In this document: positions 57,658 through 64,000 of the stretch, piece after piece
How the letters are laid out: each line of letters opens with the position of its first letter
Position numbering within the stretch: position 1 is the first letter of the stretch
DNA from: Parcubacteria group bacterium Licking1014_17
GTDB taxonomy: Bacteria > Patescibacteriota > Minisyncoccia > 2-02-FULL-40-12 > IGHO2-01-FULL-4-A
Length of the DNA stretch: 64,000 nucleotides
Assembly: GCA_007376485.1 (NCBI GenBank)
Contig: VMGJ01000006.1
Coordinates: 779-64,778, forward strand
Direction: 5' to 3'
Notes under the pieces: generated by a model
The model's input: the letters and a program-made list of their open reading frames with translations, nothing else
Databases searched by the model: none
Told to the model about the DNA's origin: nothing
Position numbers and translations under genes: made by a program

Positions 57658-57782
57658 CGCAAGCACAAGTGCATCTCTAGAAGCCCCAAATCCTATTGGG
57701 GCTGTTTTTTAAACAGGTTGAGTTTTATGATTTATTTTGACCTGCTTTGCTACGCCAAAACTTTCCTAATTTAAAGCGGGAT

Positions 57783-57916
57783 TACATTTTATGCCGCAAA
57801 ACTGCCTTTGAGCAGTACAGCGAGCCAAGTTTTGCTTGGTCCGCCTTGGGCGGAAAACTTGGCGAGGTATAAGCGGAGATTTTCGCTGGAGAAATCGAAG
57901 CATCTGCGAAAAGGCA
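57783..57916. repeat. Nested inverted-repeat element: 17-bp perfect terminal IR gccgcaaaactgccttt / aaaggcagttttgcggc enclosing a 9-bp IR and an inner hairpin
   Basis: Seen directly. Lies between convergent genes. MITE-like or a complex bidirectional terminator. Confidence 0.5.
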
Positions 57917-57950
57917 GTTTTGCGGCCACGAGGGGCGATGTTCTTAAGCT

Positions 57951-58256
57951 TTATTTTATCCGGTTTTCCAGAGTGATAACGCGGCGCTCAAGAGCTGAAA
58001 ACTCATCTATATCCACCTTTCTTTTTAGAGAGGTTTTGATGAATTCAAGGTCCGTTTTCACTATCCCCATATCTTCCGCCAGCAAGTCAAACTTTCCGTT
58101 GAGGTCGTCAACCTTGCCCTCTATTTTGACGACTTTGTCTTTTATAAGGGGAATCTGGCTGGTTTGTTCCGCCAGCAAATCAAACTTATCGTTAAAATCT
58201 TCCAGCAAGGCGCCTATTTCTATTTTGTTTTCTTTTGCCGACCTTTTGGTTTTCAT
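57951..58256 (-). CDS. Coiled-coil protein with internal DKFDLLAE repeats
   Basis: 101-aa ORF with a duplicated ~30-aa segment. Confidence 0.45.
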   Translation of the reverse strand: MKTKRSAKENKIEIGALLEDFNDKFDLLAEQTSQIPLIKDKVVKIEGKVDDLNGKFDLLAEDMGIVKTDLEFIKTSLKRKVDIDEFSALERRVITLENRIK

Positions 58257-58374
58257 AACCTGATTTTAGCAGATCGGACCTGCAAGTCAAAAAAGCAATA
58301 ATGTTTGCCGCCTAGCACGATTGCCAACGCGGCGTTCCTCGTGTAAAACTTAATATAGGCGTAATTTTATTTTC

Positions 58375-59661
58375 ATGATTCACCACAAAAAATATAATCT
58401 TCAGACTTTGGAGACGGGGTTGAGATTAATCACGGTGCCGATGGAAGGCACCAAGACCGCGACGGTTCTGGTTTTGGTTGGCGCCGGCTCGCGTTACGAG
58501 GACAAAAAAATCAACGGTATATCGCATTTTCTGGAGCATATGATATTCAAGGGCACGAAAAAGCGCCCGAACACGTTGGCGATAGCAAAAGAAATGGATT
58601 CAATCGGCGCCGAATACAACGCTTTCACTTCCAAAGAATACACCGGCTACTACGCCAAGTGCGCCTCGGACAAAATTAATACGGCCATAGACGTAGTGTC
58701 GGACATTTTTCAAAATTCGCTTTTTGACGGGGAGGAAATCGGCAAGGAGAAGGGAACGATAAAGGAAGAAATAAATATGCATCACGACAATCCCGCCTGG
58801 CACGTCTCGGAGATTTACGAAGCGACCATGTTCGGCAACCATCCTTTGGGATGGGACGTGGCGGGGGAGAAGGAAATCATTGACGGTCTAGAGAGGCAGA
58901 ATTTCGTTGATTATTTCAACACCCATTATTTCACGCAGAATACCATCGTTGTTTTGGCCGGCGATATTAATCCCGAAGCCGCGGCAAGAAAAATTTCCGA
59001 CTGCTTCCTGAAAGCCAGGCAGGGAAAGATGATAAAACCGATGCCTTTTTCGCCGACCCAGAAAAAACCGGCGATGAAGATATTCAGTAAAAAAACCGAC
59101 CAGACCCACATGGTAATCGGATTCAGGGCTTATCACCGCCTGCATCCGAAAATGGACGCCCTCCAGCTTTTGTCCGTAATTTTGGGCGGGAGCATGAGTT
59201 CAAGATTATTCATGGAAGTGAGAGAAAGGCGCGGACTGGCTTATGCCGTGAGGACTTCCGCCGACGGGCTTGACGAAACCGGAGATTTTTCCACTTACGC
59301 CGGAGTGACCAATGATAAAGTCGCCACGGCAATTGAAGTTATTTTGGACGAGCATAAAAAAATAATTAAGGATTCGGTGCCGGAAGAGGAACTGAAAAAA
59401 GCGAAGGATTGCACCAAGGGGAGATTTGTCATCGGGCTTGAATCGTCCGATGAAGTCGCTTCATATTATGGCGGACAGCTTCTGCTTGAGAAAAGAATTT
59501 TAACTCCCAGTGAAAGAATGGAAAGAATCGACAAAGTTACCGTGAGGGATATTCAGGAAGTGGCGAAGGATGTTTTTACCGCCGACAAGCTGAACCTCGC
59601 CATTGTCGGTTCTTTCAAAGAAAACGATGAGGGTATTGCTAAAGCGTTTAATTCATTTTAA
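58375..59661 (+). CDS. M16-family (pitrilysin/insulinase-like) zinc peptidase
   Basis: 428 aa. HFLEHMIFKGT inverted zinc motif (HxxEH). Confidence 0.85.
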   Translation: MIHHKKYNLQTLETGLRLITVPMEGTKTATVLVLVGAGSRYEDKKINGISHFLEHMIFKGTKKRPNTLAIAKEMDSIGAEYNAFTSKEYTGYYAKCASDKINTAIDVVSDIFQNSLFDGEEIGKEKGTIKEEINMHHDNPAWHVSEIYEATMFGNHPLGWDVAGEKEIIDGLERQNFVDYFNTHYFTQNTIVVLAGDINPEAAARKISDCFLKARQGKMIKPMPFSPTQKKPAMKIFSKKTDQTHMVIGFRAYHRLHPKMDALQLLSVILGGSMSSRLFMEVRERRGLAYAVRTSADGLDETGDFSTYAGVTNDKVATAIEVILDEHKKIIKDSVPEEELKKAKDCTKGRFVIGLESSDEVASYYGGQLLLEKRILTPSERMERIDKVTVRDIQEVAKDVFTADKLNLAIVGSFKENDEGIAKAFNSF

Positions 59662-59669
59662 AATAAATC

Positions 59670-60713
59670 GTGGCCATAGATAGCCAGCAAACAGAAATCA
59701 CGGTAAAGACCGAAACAGTCCTTAGATTAGCAGGTCTGGTTTTGCTTTTCGTTTTGCTTTATATGCTCCGCGATGTCGTGGTTATCGTCCTGATAGCCAT
59801 ATTCCTGGCGTCGGCGTTGAATCCGCTTGTCAATTGGCTTGAAACCAAAAAAATACCGCGGCTCCTCGGCGTTTTGATTATTTACGTGACATTCTTCGGT
59901 ATTGTAACTGTGCTTTTGTCCCTGATAGTGCCAATCGTGTCTTACGAGCTGAATCAGCTTCTGTCATCTCTGCCTAAAATCGCTTCCTCGGCAAGCGCCG
60001 CCGGCTCTTCGTATTATTCAGACGCCCTTAAAGAAATTCAGAATGTCCTGAATAATCTAACGCAGTTTCTGACTCTGTCCTCGAAATCAATCCTTAATCT
60101 TGTAATCGGCATTTTCGGCGGCGTCATATCTTTTCTGGCGATTGTCATCATATCTTTTTATTTTTCGGTAATGAAGCAGGGCGTGGCGTCATTTATCAGG
60201 TCCATATTGCCGGAGAAATATGAAGATTACGTAGTGGAGTTATGGGCGAGGTCGGAGCGCAAAATCGGGCGCTGGTTCCAGGGGCATCTGCTGTTGGCGA
60301 TTTCAGTCGGGCTTTTGGTGTATGTCGGCTTGTCGCTGTTCCATCTGAAATACGCGCTGATTTTGGGAATAATCGCGATGGTTTTTGAAATCGTGCCGGT
60401 GGCGGGACCGGTTCTGTCCGCGATTCCGGCCGTGATTTTTGCTTTCATCCAATCTCCGGTTCTCGCGATATGGATTATTGTTTTTTATATTATTGTCCAT
60501 CAGATTGAAAGCAATGTTATCGCGCCGCTGACGCTGGGCAAAGCCACCGGGCTTAGTCCGGTCGTGGTTATAATAGCCATACTGGCGGGCGTAAAACTTG
60601 ACGGGATTTTGGGAATAATTCTGGCGGTGCCGATGGCGGTGGTTATAGTGGAACTGTTTGAAGATTTGGCGCGGGGCAAAGAAAGCCGCAAAGCCCAGGT
60701 AATAAACTCTTAA
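59670..60713 (+). CDS. AI-2E family transporter (UPF0118/PerM-like)
   Basis: 347 aa. Eight TM helices with typical AI-2E topology. Confidence 0.8.
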   Translation: MAIDSQQTEITVKTETVLRLAGLVLLFVLLYMLRDVVVIVLIAIFLASALNPLVNWLETKKIPRLLGVLIIYVTFFGIVTVLLSLIVPIVSYELNQLLSSLPKIASSASAAGSSYYSDALKEIQNVLNNLTQFLTLSSKSILNLVIGIFGGVISFLAIVIISFYFSVMKQGVASFIRSILPEKYEDYVVELWARSERKIGRWFQGHLLLAISVGLLVYVGLSLFHLKYALILGIIAMVFEIVPVAGPVLSAIPAVIFAFIQSPVLAIWIIVFYIIVHQIESNVIAPLTLGKATGLSPVVVIIAILAGVKLDGILGIILAVPMAVVIVELFEDLARGKESRKAQVINS

Positions 60714-60722
60714 AATTTAATT

Positions 60723-60794
60723 GCCGGAGTAGCTCAATGGCAGAGCAATCGCTTCGTAAGCGATAGGTTGTGAGTTCAAGTCTCACCTCCGGCT
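60723..60794 (+). tRNA. tRNA-Thr (anticodon CGU)
   Basis: GCCGGAG acceptor. D-arm GCTC/GAGC. Anticodon stem ATCGC/GCGAT with loop TTCGTAA. T-arm GTGAG-TTCAAGT-CTCAC. 72 nt. CCA not encoded. Confidence 0.8.
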
Positions 60795-60796
60795 CA

Positions 60797-60924
60797 TGGA
60801 GCGAGCCAATTTATTGGCTCGCGTTGAGGCTTGAACGGCGGAACGATGTCCCGAGCGCAGTCGGCGCGAGGGACAGTGAGCCGGTGGCTAGGCCAAGCCG
60901 GCGGAAGCCGGCGAGAGCCGAAGC
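60797..60924. repeat. GC-rich 128-bp insert between the tRNA-Thr 3' end and a perfect 20-bp copy of that 3' end (60925..60944)
   Basis: caagtctcacctccggctca occurs at 60777..60796 and at 60925..60944. Confidence 0.6.
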
Positions 60925-61103
60925 CAAGTCTCACCTCCGGCTCAAAATTTTCAATCAAGTCAACTACACAAAGCTGAAGTCTGGGAGTTGACTAATTATT
61001 TGATATATTATACGATTAGCGTTAGCTTTTTTACATCTTATTAAACGGGAAGTTTTAAATCCATGTCGCGATGATATCGCGCAATCATAGAAAGGAGGAT
61101 TTC

Positions 61104-61295
61104 ATGGACATTAAGATTTTCGGACTTCCAATGGGGGAATTCAGTAAAATGTTGATTGCTGAGGCGATAGATAAAGCACCACTTTGTACCGAAATCTCGC
61201 CTATTCCCATCCGTTTTGTTGACTCGTCAACCTATGTGCAAGGCAAAGGGGGTGGCAATAATGATTCGGGTCGAGGTAGACATGACAGGCGATGA
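61104..61295 (+). CDS. Hypothetical small protein
   Basis: ATG after AGAAAGGAGG. Internal to track ORF 61071..61295. Overlaps the next small ORF (61261..61461) in another frame. Confidence 0.3.
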   Translation: MDIKIFGLPMGEFSKMLIAEAIDKAPLCTEISPIPIRFVDSSTYVQGKGGGNNDSGRGRHDRR

Positions 61296-61461
61296 TTCCT
61301 CTCATGACCATAAACAAATTGCCACAACTATTGCTGATGTACTGGGCGAGGGGGCTTGTGGATACTTCCGGAGCTCTGTGGTTGTTACTGTGGTTACCTC
61401 GTTGTTGGGTGATGAGATGGCTCCTCGTGTCTCCAAGCTCTATCCCGAAGAACCCAAGTAG
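61261..61461 (+). CDS. Hypothetical small protein (MIRVEVDMTGDD...)
   Basis: ATG after AAAGGGGGTGG. Internal to track ORF 61216..61461. Terminator-like hairpin plus T-run at about 61500..61535. Confidence 0.35.
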   Translation: MIRVEVDMTGDDSSHDHKQIATTIADVLGEGACGYFRSSVVVTVVTSLLGDEMAPRVSKLYPEEPK

Positions 61462-61556
61462 TGCTAATCTAACACCCTGGATTTCCTCGTCCAAATTGTC
61501 CCGTGCGCGTTCGGCGGGGCTTTTTTATTTTCAAATATTTTGATACAATATTATTA

Positions 61557-62622
61557 ATGCAGGATTTGCGGTCGCTAATTCAGGAAATGCAAAGCAAGTT
61601 CCCGGCTGTCCGGGAGCGTCTTTGACTTAGACGGAATCAAAAAACGAGCGGCGGAAGTGGAAAAAGAAATGGCTGACCCGGCGTTTTGGTCCGACCGCCA
61701 AAGAGCCGGCGCTCTTTCAAAAGAATTATCGGGCTTAAAGGAAGAAGCCGCCTTTTGGGAGCATTTTGAAAACCATTTGGAAGATTATGCCGGAAAAACG
61801 AGCGAGGAACTTGCCGTACTGGAGAAAGAAATTATAGATTTCAAAAGGAACTTTGAAAAACAATACCTGAAACTTTTTCTTTCGGGCAAGTACGACAGGG
61901 GCGATGCGATTGTTTCTTTCCATTCGGGAGCCGGCGGAGTGGACGCGCAGGATTGGACTTCAATGCTCGTGCGCATGTTTGAGCGCTACTGCGAGCGTGA
62001 AAGTTTTGAACACACCTTACTGAACCGTTCGGAAGGGGAGCAGGGCGGCGTCAAAAATGCCGTGCTTGAGGTGAGAGGGCGCTATGCCTACGGTTACCTG
62101 AAAGGCGAATCCGGTGTTCATCGCCTCGTGAGAATTTCTCCTTTTTCGGCGAAAGCCCTGCGGCATACGTCGTTCGCGCTTGTTGATGTCCTGCCGGTTC
62201 TGGAAAAAGAAGCCGTTGCCATCAATCCCGCGGACATAGAAACGGATACTTTCCGTTCTTCCGGTCCCGGCGGGCAGAACGTGAATAAGCTTGAAACGGC
62301 GGTCAGGATAAAGCACATCCCCACCGGAATCACAGTGGCGGTGCAGTCGGAACGTTCGCAGGCACAGAACAAAGACAAAGCAATGGGCTTGCTTCAATCG
62401 CGTTTAGCTAGTTTAATGGAGAAGTACCGCGTAAAGGAACTGTCGGAGCTTAAGGCGAAAATCGGAGCGGGCGAAATTGAATGGGGAAGCCAGATTCGCT
62501 CGTACGTGCTGAACCCTTACAAACTGGTAAAAGATCACCGGACGGGAGTTGAAGATTCAAATCCGGATAGGGTTCTTGACGGCGATATCGAAAAGTTTAT
62601 TGAAAAAGAAATAATAAGCTAA
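61557..62622 (+). CDS. prfB: Peptide chain release factor 2 with programmed +1 frameshift (CTT TGA C at 61620..61626)
   Basis: Frame 0 is [22 protein letters not shown]-stop, with an upstream SD-like GGGAG. The +1 frame continues [22 protein letters not shown]... through the GGQ-containing body ([10 protein letters not shown]). Confidence 0.85.
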
Positions 62623-62646
62623 GAACGTGAGAATAAGATTAGACTC

Positions 62647-62778
62647 GGAGTGTTTCGCCTCAAATCACCATTCGCCCGCCCAGCGAGCGGGCTTATTCAG
62701 GTTAGACCTCAAATTCCTTCGGCGAGCTCATGACCATGCAATTTGAGGTCTAAACAGTGCTTTGAAGCAAAACACTCC
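62647..62778 (+). other. Structured intergenic element: outer 9-bp helix (ggagtgttt/aaacactcc) enclosing a GC hairpin and a 13-bp perfect stem (tagacctcaaatt/aatttgaggtcta)
   Basis: Seen directly between prfB and ftsE. Confidence 0.4.
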
Positions 62779-62839
62779 TATCAAGTATCAAATTTGAGGA
62801 AGAATCGGGTATTATATTGGGGCATAAACACATTATCAA

Positions 62840-63523
62840 ATGATTAAATTTCAAAACGTAAGGAAGGTTTATGAGCCGAACAACGTGGTTTTGGACAAGA
62901 TTAATCTTGAAATAAAACAAAGCGAGTTTGTGTCGCTGGTGGGGCTTTCAGGCGCCGGCAAATCAACGCTCATGAAAATGCTGACTAAGGAAGAATTGCC
63001 GACTACGGGAAAGGTTTACGTCGAGGGTGTGGATATAGCGACGATAAAAAACAACGAGATTCCGTTTTTCCGCAGGAATATCGGGACGATTTTTCAGGAC
63101 TTCAAACTGCTCGCCCAAAAAACGGCTTATGAAAACGTGGCTTTCGCGATGGAGGTTTCGGACGCTTCGGAAGAAGACATTAAGCGCGACGTGCCCCAGA
63201 TTTTGAATATTGTCGGTTTGGCGGACAAACTGGATAATTTCCCCCACCAGCTTTCGGGAGGGGAGAAACAGCGTCTGGCTATCGCCCGGGCGCTGATTCA
63301 CAGGCCGAAAATCCTTTTGGCGGACGAGCCAACCGGGAATCTGGACCTGGTGAACGCCTATGATGTGGTAAAATTGCTTATGAAGATAAACGAACTGGGC
63401 ACCACCGTCTTGCTTGCCACCCACGACACGAATATAGTGAACACGATAGGTAAGAGGGTCGTAAGCATGGACAGCGGCAAAATTGTCAGAGACCAGCACA
63501 AATCGGGGCGTTACATAATTTAA
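62840..63523 (+). CDS. ftsE: Cell division ATP-binding protein FtsE
   Basis: 227 aa. ABC ATPase with Walker A GLSGAGKST, LSGGEKQR signature, Walker B LLADEPTGNLD. Confidence 0.9.
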   Translation: MIKFQNVRKVYEPNNVVLDKINLEIKQSEFVSLVGLSGAGKSTLMKMLTKEELPTTGKVYVEGVDIATIKNNEIPFFRRNIGTIFQDFKLLAQKTAYENVAFAMEVSDASEEDIKRDVPQILNIVGLADKLDNFPHQLSGGEKQRLAIARALIHRPKILLADEPTGNLDLVNAYDVVKLLMKINELGTTVLLATHDTNIVNTIGKRVVSMDSGKIVRDQHKSGRYII

Positions 63524-63524
63524 T

Positions 63525-64000
63525 ATGAAGAAATCAATATTAAGAATATTAAAATCGGGCTGGACTAATTTTTCAAGAAACAGCTATTTGAGCGTTGCCG
63601 CGACGGCGATTATTGCCTTGACGCTGATTTTATTTCTTGGGCTTATCACGTTAAGATTTTTAACGAGTAGAATTACGGTCGCGCTGGAAAATAAAATTGA
63701 CATCAGCGCCTATTTTAAAACCGATGCCGCCGAAGACCAAATTTTGCAGATAAAGTCGGATTTAATGAGCCAACCAAGCGTGGAGTCGGTTGAATACGTT
63801 TCCAAAGAGCAGGCGCTTGAGCAGTTCAAGAGCCGGCACGCGGGGGACAAGCTGATTCAGGATTCGCTTTCCCAGCTGGATTTCAATCCGCTGACGGTCC
63901 CGACCGGCATCCCCGCTCCCTATCCGACGGGTATTTCCGGGGATGGCTCGGTGATCGTCGGCGGTCCGGAAGATAACGGCGGCAGCACCGTGGGCAGCGC
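63525..64000 (+). CDS. ftsX: Cell division permease FtsX (N-terminal part; continues beyond the window)
   Basis: ATG 2 nt after the ftsE stop. MKKSILRILKSGWTNFSRNSYLSVAATAIIALTLILF... is the typical FtsX N-terminal TM plus periplasmic domain. Absent from the track because there is no stop in the window. Confidence 0.8.
   Translation, partial: MKKSILRILKSGWTNFSRNSYLSVAATAIIALTLILFLGLITLRFLTSRITVALENKIDISAYFKTDAAEDQILQIKSDLMSQPSVESVEYVSKEQALEQFKSRHAGDKLIQDSLSQLDFNPLTVPTGIPAPYPTGISGDGSVIVGGPEDNGGSTVGS

Overview
This window reads as a small AT-leaning bacterial genome with compact, translationally coupled operons. Many gene pairs overlap by 4 nt (ATGA), and there are many short secreted proteins with Pro/Thr-rich linkers. 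The overall style looks like Candidate Phyla Radiation / Patescibacteria, but that is inference only. Stop codons are TGA, TAA and TAG, so translation table 11 fits.

Core housekeeping genes are recognisable from their motifs. They are listed here with start coordinate and strand.
- ddl, partial (1, -)
- recG (4601, +)
- holA-like (9241, -)
- mutM/fpg (11259, -)
- polA (12151, -)
- tsaE (14760, -)
- nfo (16504, -)
- yraN-like (17349, -)
- LysM/M23 peptidase (17938, +)
- comM/yifB (19014, -)
- DksA/TraR-like (20546, -)
- beta-class DNA methyltransferase (21292, -)
- pnp (23516, -)
- rpsO (26287, -)
- xerC/D (26621, +)
- tmRNA ssrA (30090..30446, -), next to smpB (31055, -)
- htrA (31536, -)
- argS (32696, +)
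- ileS (34462, +)
- recO-like (37984, +)
- glyQS (40417, +)
- M16 peptidase (58375, +)
- AI-2E transporter (59670, +)
- tRNA-Thr(CGU) (60723, +)
- prfB, with the classic CTT-TGA-C +1 frameshift site (61557, +)
- ftsE and partial ftsX (62840 and 63525, +)

The most interesting part is an accessory block at about 44.4 to 52.9 kb. It carries two radical-SAM/SPASM enzymes, which are the expected maturases for a ribosomally synthesized and post-translationally modified peptide (RiPP). Around them are three paralogous HExxH putative metallopeptidases, two small transglutaminase-like Cys-His-Asp proteins, an M23 peptidase, and small Cys/Asp-rich peptide ORFs too short for the ORF track (45 and 60 aa, plus a 41-aa Cys-free peptide). 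A near-identical TTGACA-N17-TATAAA promoter cassette occurs three times in this block, and a conserved AAATGTGG...CATACAGG box precedes two of its genes. I read this as a candidate, apparently undescribed ranthipeptide/SCIFF-like RiPP locus.

Other unusual signals:
- IleRS carries a histidine-phosphatase (RHG...SHG) domain inserted inside its zinc-knuckle loop.
- Three separate 3'-end duplications flank inserts, a signature of integration at gene ends: glyS (about 90 bp plus a 1.6 kb two-gene insert), a PKD-protein gene (33 bp plus a 171 bp GC-rich insert), and tRNA-Thr (20 bp plus a 128 bp GC-rich insert).
- A roughly 140-nt structured repeat family has two copies showing compensatory base changes.
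- A periodic TGTCAY array sits between the methyltransferase and the DksA/TraR-comM operon.
- A SAM-dependent methyltransferase has a single in-frame TGA.
- Several nested inverted-repeat elements lie in intergenic regions.

No CRISPR array, rRNA or clear transposase was seen.
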